Virus record (IMG/VR): IMGVR_UViG_3300046697_000072
From: a virus
Reading direction: 5' to 3' (one strand)
DNA length: 64,000 bases
The stretch's first letter is position 1. The number at the start of each line of letters is the position of its first letter. The translations under genes were made by a program, and so were the position numbers. The notes beneath the pieces were generated by a model that ran no database searches, was not told the DNA's origin, and saw only the letters and a program-made list of their open reading frames with translations. This document shows positions 1-7,455 of this stretch, in pieces.

Positions 1-320
1 CAACGCTCGGGAAGTTCGTCCCGTCGTCGTACCACTCCTCCAAACCGTTCAGGTACTTCTGCCGGTTCGTCGCTTGCCCGTTCAGGTACATGTTCGTCGC
101 AAGAATCTTCGCCATCTTCAGCGAAGCATTCAGGAATTTAAGCTCTACCTGCGAGAAGACCGCCTCCGGGCCGTCGTTGTTCATGGCATCCCAGGCGTAC
201 AGCGTGATGTTCACCCACGCCATCCGCATGTCCACAACGATGCCCGCTTCCGTGGTCACGTACTTGATGTCCACGGACTCGCCCTTCCCCATGAAGCCGC
301 CGTTGAGTTCTCCAACAAGA
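1..320 (-). CDS. major capsid protein candidate, exon 2 (partial, runs off left edge)
   Basis: Minus frame is open from 320 to the window edge (..ILVGELNGGFMGKGESVDIKYVTTEAGIVVDMRMAW..). G/C-rich third positions. Lies downstream of the scaffold gene. Joined in frame to exon 1 by the predicted splice. Confidence 0.6.
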
Positions 321-576
321 CGTTGTTGTTACGACCGGGATCGCTGGTCCCGACCTTCTCACGCTTTCGCGTGAGACCAGGCTATCTCATCACCCGTTCT
401 GGGTGTCTCGCGCTTCGGATCGCTTGATCCTACTCCCCGTAGGGATAGTCGTTGAACCTTCCGGATTTCTCCGGCTTGGCTGCGGATTGCCATGGCCGAC
501 ATCGGCTGTAGGGTTTCCCGCAATTCACGAGATTTTTCCGTAGTGGCTCCCGCCACCAGGCGACTATTGTTAGTTA
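321..576 (-). ncRNA. group I self-splicing intron, ORF-less (256 nt)
   Basis: Minus-strand RNA has P AAUUGCGGGAAA (525-514), Q AAUCCGCAGC (488-479), R GUUCAACGACUA (457-446) and S GAGAUAGCC (388-380). GNRA hairpins at 556-543 and 375-358. P1 has a U.G pair; P10 pairs with exon 2; omega-G is at 321. Confidence 0.8.
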
Positions 577-731
577 ATCGTTTCGGACACTCTGGCGTTT
601 CCGGTGAAAGGCTCTCTGTTCTGCGATTCGAGCCGCACGAAAAGCGGATCGCTCGCATAGATGACATCCGCGCAATACGGAGAAATTTTCCGTGAGACGT
701 ATGCATCAAGATCCGAGAGCTGCAAAGACAT
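577..731 (-). CDS. major capsid protein candidate, exon 1
   Basis: ATG at 731 follows SD GAGGGGG. Product MSLQLSDLDAYVSRKISPYCADVIYASDPLFVRLESQNREPFTGNARVSET. The DPLFxRL segment recalls the N-terminus of lambda gpE-type capsids (from memory). An in-frame stop falls 2 codons past the predicted 5' splice site. Confidence 0.6.
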
Positions 732-799
732 GTCAGCCTACCCCCTCGTTCGCGGGGCAGGTGACCCCTAAAATTTTCATTGCCTTCTCCTTTTGCCCC

Positions 800-828
800 T
801 TGACAGGGGGATTGTTTCGGTACATAAT
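800..828 (+). promoter_or_regulatory. sigma70-type promoter TTGACA-17-CATAAT
   Basis: -35 at 800-805 and -10 at 823-828 with a 17-nt spacer. The ATG at 840 lies only about 5 nt past the expected start site. Confidence 0.6.
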
Positions 829-839
829 GGGAACATACT

Positions 840-986
840 ATGCAACCCAAAGAATTGCAGTTGCACTTACTTCTTTCCAGGGACGACCGAAAGACTCTGG
901 AATCTTTGGCTGAACGCTGGCAGGTGAAACTTGCCGAAGCGATCCGCCGCGCCGTCCGAGAAACCTGGAGGCGCGAAAACCGATGA
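840..986 (+). CDS. ribbon-helix-helix (CopG/Arc-like) DNA-binding protein, 48 aa
   Basis: MQPKELQLHLLLSRDDRKTLESLAERWQVKLAEAIRRAVRETWRRENR fits a beta-strand plus two helices. ATGA overlap with the next gene. Confidence 0.55.
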   Translation: MQPKELQLHLLLSRDDRKTLESLAERWQVKLAEAIRRAVRETWRRENR

Positions 987-1648
987 ACCTGATTACCGGG
1001 AGAGGCCACAAAGTCTACCGCCCATGCCGATGGTGCGGCGAGGTCCTCTCTTATGCCGAAATGAGAGCGCACATAGCGCTTTGCCTGAAGAACCCCCTCC
1101 GCGCTGTTTGTTCCTATTGCGGCTCGCCTTTCAATCGAAGGCGCGGATTCTTGGATCACATCGCCAATGCTTGCTCGAAGTCTCCCGAAGTTCCGCTTGG
1201 CACGAAGATGTGCATCATCTGCCAAAAGCCTCATCTCCTGGAGTCGTTCAGCCGTGACGCTCACTCCACCGATGGGCGGCAGACTACATGCAAACCCTGT
1301 GAGAACTTGTGGAAGGCGAACTTTTACAAGACCCCACGGGGCCGGGCTAGTCATCACGCCACCCACATCAAGGGCCTTTACGGAATCGCTGCCGAAGTAT
1401 ACGGGGTGCTTCTCAAATCGCAGCATGGACGCTGCGCGATCTGCGGGAATCCTCCGAGCGGAGGCCCGAAAGAAAGGCAGCTTGTCGTTGACCACAACCA
1501 CGCCGGCACAAGCGGAAGCGGAGAGGTTCGTGGCTTGCTGTGTTCCCGCTGCAATATCGGGCTCGGAGGATTTCGTGACAACCCGGCCTTCCTGCTGTCG
1601 GCGATCAGTTATCTCGCCGTGCACACGAAGATCGGGATTGTCACGTAG
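983..1648 (+). CDS. recombination endonuclease VII family (HNH-like) free-standing endonuclease
   Basis: GRCAICG...LVVDHNH...GEVRGLLCSRCNIGLGGF signature, plus N-terminal CxxC pairs. Antisense to the surrounding head operon. Confidence 0.85.
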   Translation: MNLITGRGHKVYRPCRWCGEVLSYAEMRAHIALCLKNPLRAVCSYCGSPFNRRRGFLDHIANACSKSPEVPLGTKMCIICQKPHLLESFSRDAHSTDGRQTTCKPCENLWKANFYKTPRGRASHHATHIKGLYGIAAEVYGVLLKSQHGRCAICGNPPSGGPKERQLVVDHNHAGTSGSGEVRGLLCSRCNIGLGGFRDNPAFLLSAISYLAVHTKIGIVT

Positions 1649-1653
1649 GCTCA

Positions 1654-2574
1654 TTACATGCCGCCAGCAGCGGCTTCCTTTTCTCGGAACTCGCGGGCCG
1701 CCTCAGCGGCGATGCGGCGGTCCCCGAGCTTAGGGTCTCCGCCTTCGCTCTTGAGTTTTTCCTGCTTGGCCTGCCAGCGGCTCTGGAGCGCGCCGGTTGG
1801 GGCAGACGACCCTTTGCCGTCCACGGGGTTAGCCCGGCCCGAGGTTGCGGCGGCGGTCTTGCGGCCTTCGGCCACGCCCTTGTCGAACTCGGCCTTCTTA
1901 TCGGCAGTGAGCTGCTCGGCGTTCTTGGCCGTAATCTGTTCGTGGTAGACCTGATTGTAGGCGTCCAACGGTTTCAGGTACTGGCCGGTGGTCTTCTGGT
2001 GATCCCGCATGGTGTTGTAGATCTTGTCCATGTCGATGGGCTCCCCGAACTTGCGCTCATGCGCGGACATTTTGGGGAGCAGCGTTTTAGACACGTCTTC
2101 CCAGACCGCGCCTACTCCGTTGACCCGGCTTTCAACCAGCGGCTGAACCTTGTCCGTGATCATCTTGGAGAACTGTGCTTCCAGGTCGGGGTTGGTCACG
2201 ACCCCGGCTTCCTTGAGGACTTCCTTCACCACTACTTTGATTTCGTCGGCGGTCATGTCGGCTCCTTCAGTTGCTTCGAGTTCGGCTACGCGAGTCATGG
2301 ACTCGGCCAGGGCGTTTTGCAGCCGGGCTTTGTCGGCCTCGTGCCACTTCCAGCCCTTCTTGTCGTCCTCCAACCAGCCGCGCCAGCGCTCCAGTTCCGA
2401 GACAACGCCTTCCGGCTTGCCGTCGTAACCCAGGGTTTTCAGGCGGGGGTTGAGTTGGTGGACTTGTTCCCCGAGATCGAAGAATGACTTCAGCTCGGGG
2501 TGCTTGGCTGCGAATTCTGTGATCGGTTTGTTTTCGGATTCGGCTGCGAGTTGTAATAGATTGTCGAACGGCAT
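1654..2574 (-). CDS. scaffolding protein candidate
   Basis: 306 aa, acidic and helical with a K/E-rich tail. Lies between the portal side and the capsid gene. Confidence 0.5.
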   Translation of the reverse strand: MPFDNLLQLAAESENKPITEFAAKHPELKSFFDLGEQVHQLNPRLKTLGYDGKPEGVVSELERWRGWLEDDKKGWKWHEADKARLQNALAESMTRVAELEATEGADMTADEIKVVVKEVLKEAGVVTNPDLEAQFSKMITDKVQPLVESRVNGVGAVWEDVSKTLLPKMSAHERKFGEPIDMDKIYNTMRDHQKTTGQYLKPLDAYNQVYHEQITAKNAEQLTADKKAEFDKGVAEGRKTAAATSGRANPVDGKGSSAPTGALQSRWQAKQEKLKSEGGDPKLGDRRIAAEAAREFREKEAAAGGM

Positions 2575-2583
2575 GGGAATCTT

Positions 2584-2982
2584 CTAGCTCCCTTGAGGTG
2601 GTGCCCCAGGAGGTGCTGCGGGGCCTGTCGATGGATTTTGAGGCGGCGCGGGTGGCACTTCGGGAGATCCCTTGGCCACACCAGACCGCTTCGCTTTCTG
2701 CTGCACTGCTGACGCCAACCCCATCGCGGCTTTGCCGATCTGTTCCAAGAACGGCAATAGCGACGGGTCGTACTGGCCGACGAGGTTCTTCATCTCACCG
2801 GCCCACTTGTCCAACTCCTGAACCTTGGCCCCGATTTGCTGGACAACTTCCATTCCGGGCTGGGGCTGGCCGACGCCCTGCATGGCGAAGACCGACTGCG
2901 ATTCCTGGGGGTTCTGCTGCTGCTGAACCACATCCGGCGGAAGCGGAGGTCCCTGCGCCATCGGTGAGGCCGGGCTGCCCAT
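2584..2982 (-). CDS. hypothetical head-module protein, Pro/Gln-rich
   Basis: 132-aa ORF, tightly packed with its neighbours. Confidence 0.5.
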   Translation of the reverse strand: MGSPASPMAQGPPLPPDVVQQQQNPQESQSVFAMQGVGQPQPGMEVVQQIGAKVQELDKWAGEMKNLVGQYDPSLLPFLEQIGKAAMGLASAVQQKAKRSGVAKGSPEVPPAPPQNPSTGPAAPPGAPPQGS

Positions 2983-2985
2983 CGG

Positions 2986-3285
2986 CTACCTGCGGCCCCG
3001 CTTGTTCTGGAACGGGGTCCTCGGCGTGGTTTCCGAAATCCCCTCTTTATCGTAGGGGCTGGTGGCCGACCGGGACAACTTCACGCTGGCACTGTCGCTC
3101 TGGGGCATCTGCCCGCCGCCAGTCTGCCGTGCGCCGAAGGCCGCAACCGGGATCTCTTTCCGGTTCATCTTCATGGATGTCGATTCGCCGAGAACGATGG
3201 GCTTGCCTGAGCCGCCCCGATCCGGCATGTCGGCTGGACCCTTCCCGAGTTTCGTTTCCGTTGAGGTCGTTTCTACTTTGGGCAT
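2986..3285 (-). CDS. hypothetical head-module protein
   Basis: 99-aa ORF with SD AGGTGA upstream. Confidence 0.5.
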   Translation of the reverse strand: MPKVETTSTETKLGKGPADMPDRGGSGKPIVLGESTSMKMNRKEIPVAAFGARQTGGGQMPQSDSASVKLSRSATSPYDKEGISETTPRTPFQNKRGRR

Positions 3286-3307
3286 AGATCACCTGCGATA
3301 CGCACGC

Positions 3308-3370
3308 TTATTCTTTGCGCGAGCTTTTCGCCTTCCCTTTCTTCCTGCCATGACACATCCTGGACAACAT
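3308..3370 (-). CDS. polycationic micropeptide (20 aa) MLSRMCHGRKKGKAKSSRKE
   Basis: Short ORF with G/C-rich third positions. Third member of a tandem set of basic peptides. Confidence 0.35.
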   Translation of the reverse strand: MLSRMCHGRKKGKAKSSRKE

Positions 3371-3372
3371 GC

Positions 3373-3459
3373 CTACTTCCGGCGCGGCTTGCGCCCCATC
3401 CCCGCTGCATGACCGGTTACGCCGCCCCGGCCTTTCTTGCTTCTCCTGCCTCTGAACAT
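3373..3459 (-). CDS. polycationic micropeptide (28 aa) MFRGRRSKKGRGGVTGHAAGMGRKPRRK
   Basis: SD AAGGAG lies 7 nt upstream of the ATG at 3459. Confidence 0.45.
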   Translation of the reverse strand: MFRGRRSKKGRGGVTGHAAGMGRKPRRK

Positions 3460-3484
3460 GTCGGATCTCCTTGCGTTGAAGTAA

Positions 3485-3528
3485 GGGGTGGCCTATTTTC
3501 AAATTTAGGCACGCTACCGGGCCACCCC
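3485..3528 (-). other. 9-bp stem hairpin GGGGTGGCC/GGCCACCCC with a 26-nt loop
   Basis: Perfect inverted repeat between two micropeptide ORFs. Confidence 0.5.
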
Positions 3529-3546
3529 GAACGGCTGCGTGTTGGG

Positions 3547-3600
3547 TTACTTGCGGTGACCCTTGCGTCCGGCCTTGCGGCCTTTCTTGCCACGATACAT
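3547..3600 (-). CDS. polycationic micropeptide (17 aa) MYRGKKGRKAGRKGHRK
   Basis: Strong SD AAGGAGG lies 7 nt upstream of the ATG at 3600. Confidence 0.45.
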   Translation of the reverse strand: MYRGKKGRKAGRKGHRK

Positions 3601-3702
3601 GAGGTTTACCTCCTTCTGGAGTACATGATTTACACCATGCCTAACCACACGTTATGGGAGTATGCCTTTGGAAATCAAGAAGAACTACAAAAACAGACTT
3701 GA

Positions 3703-3939
3703 CTAGGCGGGGATCAGGCTGGGGTGATGTGCAACGTTGGACTCGTACGCTGAAGCGTGCGGCTCGTGAATGGCTACGTTTTCACGGGAGAACTCGCAGC
3801 CGGGGGACTTTTCGTTGTGGTGGCGGCGGATGCCACGGATCAAGTTCTCCATGTCCTTGGCCCCGGTTATACCTGCACAACCGCAGGTCCGGCAGCGCCA
3901 TCCAACGAATTGACGGGGGTACTTACGGCGATAGCTCAT
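3703..3939 (-). CDS. small Cys-rich (zinc-binding?) protein, 78 aa
   Basis: Internal ATG at 3939 follows SD GAGGGAGG. The longer 3703-4179 ORF would overlap the divergent gene at 4042. Confidence 0.55.
   Translation of the reverse strand: MSYRRKYPRQFVGWRCRTCGCAGITGAKDMENLIRGIRRHHNEKSPGCEFSRENVAIHEPHASAYESNVAHHPSLIPA
3729..3742. repeat. palindrome copy GTGCAACGTTGGAC
   Basis: Inside CDS 3703-3939. Confidence 0.95.
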
Positions 3940-3985
3940 AGCCTCGAACGGCACCTCCCTCAAATCAACACTATACACCAATTCC

Positions 3986-3999
3986 GTGCAACGTTGTAT
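3986..3999. repeat. palindrome copy GTGCAACGTTGTAT
   Basis: Intergenic between divergent genes 3939 and 4042, just upstream of a minus-strand TATAGT box (3975-3970). Confidence 0.95.
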
Positions 4000-4041
4000 T
4001 TTGTTCTTGCAACAGCAAGCGCGTGGTGATAGGATGGAGAA

Positions 4042-5316
4042 GTGAAACCGTACTTCGAAGAAGATGACGTTGAGGAGGCCGAAGAGAAAATGACCGACGA
4101 CATGAAAGAACGCGAAACAGACGAACCCCCGGATACCTGCGAGCAACTCGCGAATGCGCTCCGGGAGAAGGATGCCCAAGCCCAGAAGGATCGGGCAGAG
4201 GCGTTCGCGAGCCTGTCACGCGAGATGCTGCTGGCATACGTGGAGCTTTTTCCAAACTTCACATGGCTGGACCCGCAGCAAGCACTGCAAGTGTTCCGCC
4301 GCGCTGTACTCTCTTTGCGTTGGCAGATCAAGCTGATGAACAAGGCCATCGAGATCGGCGCTCAGGATGCGGTCGAGGAGATGTTTCCGATGTCTCCGGC
4401 GAAGCCCTCCGACAGCATGACACTTATCGAGCGGGATTCCGTTGCTGAGTATCGCAAGCGGTTTCTTGCCGAGAAAGCTGAGATCATCGCGCGGCACTTC
4501 ACGCCAGAGCCGATTGTGCCTGTACCAATTCAGCCAAGACGCATCGAAGCACGAACGGACATCATCAATCTACTGGCGCAATACGATGCTGTGATTGAAG
4601 GGCGCGAAAGCGAAGGTGAGTATGAACCCGACGCCGATGATGCGGCTATCGTGGATGACATTCGCCAGCGATGGGGGATGAAGGGCGATCCGGGGGACCC
4701 GCCGATTACTGCTGACGAGAAACTCGACCAATGCGCCCCATACGTCTGTGACCACGACTACTGCGATCTGGAAGAGTGCCGGTGCAAGTGCCATCAGGAT
4801 ACAGCCGTAGCAGCCGTCCGGGAGCTTGCGCCCTTCACGGATCAACCGCTCTCGAAGATCGCCACAATTCGTCGGCAGCACATACTGATCTGCGAACTGC
4901 GTGAACGGGTAAATGAATACCTCACGACCCTTCGTGCCGTATCCGTTGAAGGGCTTGGGTTGACGGACCCGTGGGCGGAAACCGCAACGGACGAGGCTCC
5001 CGATGAATGGACCGGATTACTGAGCGAGAAGGTGGCGGAACTGCGTAGAGAGCGCGACGAAGCGCGCACCGATGCGGCAGCACGGTTGAAGCAGATGCTG
5101 AACCAGTCGGACCTCGACAAACGTGCGATCAAGGAGTGGGAGCAGGCTCTAACCAAAGCGACCGATCTATTGCGCCCATTCGTGCGCATGGAGTTTAACT
5201 CTATGTCGGGCGAGGATACTATTATCAACGGAGCAAAGCAATCCGACTTCGATGCCGCCAAAGTTTTCCTGGATGGCTTTGATTCGCGCCGCAAGGCGAA
5301 GAAAGGGAGAGTATGA
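4042..5316 (+). CDS. acidic hypothetical protein, 424 aa
   Basis: GTG start after GGAGAA. Long ORF on the strand opposite the head operon. Confidence 0.6.
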   Translation: MKPYFEEDDVEEAEEKMTDDMKERETDEPPDTCEQLANALREKDAQAQKDRAEAFASLSREMLLAYVELFPNFTWLDPQQALQVFRRAVLSLRWQIKLMNKAIEIGAQDAVEEMFPMSPAKPSDSMTLIERDSVAEYRKRFLAEKAEIIARHFTPEPIVPVPIQPRRIEARTDIINLLAQYDAVIEGRESEGEYEPDADDAAIVDDIRQRWGMKGDPGDPPITADEKLDQCAPYVCDHDYCDLEECRCKCHQDTAVAAVRELAPFTDQPLSKIATIRRQHILICELRERVNEYLTTLRAVSVEGLGLTDPWAETATDEAPDEWTGLLSEKVAELRRERDEARTDAAARLKQMLNQSDLDKRAIKEWEQALTKATDLLRPFVRMEFNSMSGEDTIINGAKQSDFDAAKVFLDGFDSRRKAKKGRV

Positions 5317-5585
5317 CCGATCAGGTTCCCGGCCCGTCCAGCCTTGTGTACGTGGTGGCCGAAGTCATGGAGAGACGCGAGAAGCAGGATGCCCGTCACG
5401 GCGGTCCCGAGCACGACGACACGCACACGCCATCAGACTGGAGAGTCTTTATTGGTCTGTACAATCGGGTCTCAGCGGAATACGAGAGCGAGCCAGAGAT
5501 CCGAGAAGACAAACTCCTTGACGTTGCGGCGCTCGCGGTGGCTGCCATCCAGAGCAGCCGGAGGAAACGAAATGCGAGCAATTGA
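5313..5585 (+). CDS. hypothetical protein, 90 aa
   Basis: ATGA-type overlap with the upstream gene. Confidence 0.5.
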   Translation: MTDQVPGPSSLVYVVAEVMERREKQDARHGGPEHDDTHTPSDWRVFIGLYNRVSAEYESEPEIREDKLLDVAALAVAAIQSSRRKRNASN

Positions 5586-5760
5586 ATCGCCGCGAGAAAT
5601 TGCACTGGCAAGACTGAAGGAACGGTATTCGTCCCACGAACTGCGGGATCTTCAGAAAGGGGCCGTTGCGATCTATAGAAACTGCGGGCACCCATCCGTG
5701 TTGGCCGTTAGTCGGCTTCTTCTTCAAGCCGCACACCAAATCGAGAAAGAGAATGCCTAA
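5572..5760 (+). CDS. hypothetical protein, 62 aa
   Basis: ATG at 5572 follows GGAGGAAACGAA. Confidence 0.45.
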   Translation: MRAIESPREIALARLKERYSSHELRDLQKGAVAIYRNCGHPSVLAVSRLLLQAAHQIEKENA

Positions 5761-6226
5761 ACCAATATCGCTTTACGATATCCCGCCTGGCTGTATCTGC
5801 TACGGTGACGGCCTGATGGGGATGAAATGCACGGCTGCCGAGCACGTGCGGCTTCGGATGCCTGAAAGGGTCCAGCGCAAGCGCACCCTCGGGTGGAGAA
5901 AGCCTCCGAACACCATCTGTGTCACGCGCCCGTCAAAGTGGGGAAATCCTTACTGGGACATCAAGCGGTACGGACTCGACCTCTGCTTGAAGTTGTTCCG
6001 CGAGACCGCGATGGGCTGCTGGAATCCATTACTGATTCCAGATGGGCCGATGAGTGAGCAATGGCATAAGTGGCTCTACGCGGATCATTGCGCATGGTTG
6101 AACCGCATCGGTCGCCTGCCGGTTGAAACGATCCGCTATGAGTTGCGCGGAAAGAACCTCGCCTGCTATTGCCCGCTGGACCAACCTTGCCATGCAGATA
6201 TTCTGCTGGAGATCGCAAATGGCTGA
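5753..6226 (+). CDS. DUF4326-like protein
   Basis: RPSKWGNPY ... LACYCPLDQPCHADILLEI motif pattern (from memory). Confidence 0.6.
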   Translation: MPKPISLYDIPPGCICYGDGLMGMKCTAAEHVRLRMPERVQRKRTLGWRKPPNTICVTRPSKWGNPYWDIKRYGLDLCLKLFRETAMGCWNPLLIPDGPMSEQWHKWLYADHCAWLNRIGRLPVETIRYELRGKNLACYCPLDQPCHADILLEIANG

Positions 6227-6377
6227 GAAGAATCAAGCCGCTGTCGAGCTAGGCAAGCGCGGTGGCGCGGCCATGGCCAAGCGCGGGCCGGAGTACTTCA
6301 AGCGCATCTCCGCTATGCGGAAGAATAAACGCGGCGGGAGACCGAAGAAGAATGCAGTTCAAGTCGGTCAGGTATAA
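6219..6377 (+). CDS. small basic protein, 52 aa
   Basis: The ATG overlaps the upstream stop. Product MAEKNQAAVELGKRGGAAMAKRG.. Confidence 0.45.
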   Translation: MAEKNQAAVELGKRGGAAMAKRGPEYFKRISAMRKNKRGGRPKKNAVQVGQV

Positions 6378-7455
6378 GAGCGTCGTAGACCGAAATCATC
6401 CTTTGGCGAATTCTCAAGGGTCAGTGAAGGTCCATCGCAAGCTCCTGTACGATAGGATCGGGCCGGGTGAGCACAACTGCCATTGGTGTGGCCGAGTGGT
6501 CCGGTGGAGCAAGCAGGGTACGGCGGGCAACAAAGACCCACACTACTTGGCCGTCGATCACGTTGACGGGGATTCCTTCCACAACGTCGATGACAACTTG
6601 GTCCCGAGTTGCCAGTCCTGCAACACCCGAAGGGCTCACCAACGCATACACGTTAATCCGTCCAGCCTATTGCCAAGCATGAAGCCTGGACGGTCGAGAT
6701 ACAAACAGATCTGCGTCCCTGAAGGGCACCCGCTGGTCAATCCCGGAAGCCCGGCGAAAGTACTTGTACATCGTCTCGTGCTGTACAACCGAATCGGGCC
6801 AGGCCCACATCCGTGCCACTGGTGCGGGAAGCTGGTGGATTGGACGGTCGGTAGGTTCCAGACCAAGGGTGCGTTCGAAGGTGCCCTCATCGTGGATCAC
6901 CTGGACGATTACGGAAAGAACAACGATCCGGAAAACTTGGTCCCTTCCTGCCAAGACTGCAATATCCATCGAACCACAAAGGAACGTTTCGAGAGAATAC
7001 CTCATGTCATCGTTGATGGCCGTCGCTATGCAGCCATCAAAAGGACCTGTAATTCTTGCGGCAAGGATTTTCTGGTGCGCCCATGTAGCGCTCGAAGGCA
7101 TTCCAACAGTGGCAAATACTGCTCAAGAGAGTGCGCCGCTAACGGACGCTATGTAGCCTGCCGAGAGGTCCGGACCTGCGAGACCTGCGGGAATGAATTC
7201 CTGTTTGTTACAAAGATGTCAAAATGGGTCTCGGGGCGGTACTGTTCTAAGAGATGTAATCTGGTTGCAACTCATCTGGCGAGATTGAAGTTGACAGAAG
7301 CGCAGCGCATGGATGTGCGTGAGAAAAGGATTGCGGGTAAAACCATACCAGAGCTAGCTAAAGAATTTAGCGTGTGCCATGGAACTATCGAGAATATCAT
7401 CTACGACAAGTTAACGGTTGTTCCTAGGTTGGGTTCCCTTGCCGTTGCCCCCTAG
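6352..7455 (+). CDS. HNH endonuclease with tandem HNH modules and C-terminal zinc ribbons
   Basis: Two copies of CHWCG..(V/I)DH(V/L)D....N(L)VPSCQxCN, then repeated CxxCG..F...(G)(K/R)YCS..C units. Its 3' end overlaps the portal 3' end. Confidence 0.8.
   Translation: MQFKSVRYKSVVDRNHPLANSQGSVKVHRKLLYDRIGPGEHNCHWCGRVVRWSKQGTAGNKDPHYLAVDHVDGDSFHNVDDNLVPSCQSCNTRRAHQRIHVNPSSLLPSMKPGRSRYKQICVPEGHPLVNPGSPAKVLVHRLVLYNRIGPGPHPCHWCGKLVDWTVGRFQTKGAFEGALIVDHLDDYGKNNDPENLVPSCQDCNIHRTTKERFERIPHVIVDGRRYAAIKRTCNSCGKDFLVRPCSARRHSNSGKYCSRECAANGRYVACREVRTCETCGNEFLFVTKMSKWVSGRYCSKRCNLVATHLARLKLTEAQRMDVREKRIAGKTIPELAKEFSVCHGTIENIIYDKLTVVPRLGSLAVAP

Noticed and set aside
359-1654. 431-aa minus-strand ORF spanning the intron and the endonuclease VII gene.
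   Set aside because: Arg/Ser/Cys-rich composition that is not protein-like. It is the antisense shadow of 983-1648 and runs through the group I intron core. The real minus-strand coding is the short exon 577-731.
4007-4035. TTGCAA-17-TAGGAT as the promoter for gene 4042.
   Set aside because: The -10 ends only 6 nt before the GTG start, so the GGAGAA SD would not be transcribed, and GTG-initiated leaderless mRNAs are unusual. Not reported as a feature.
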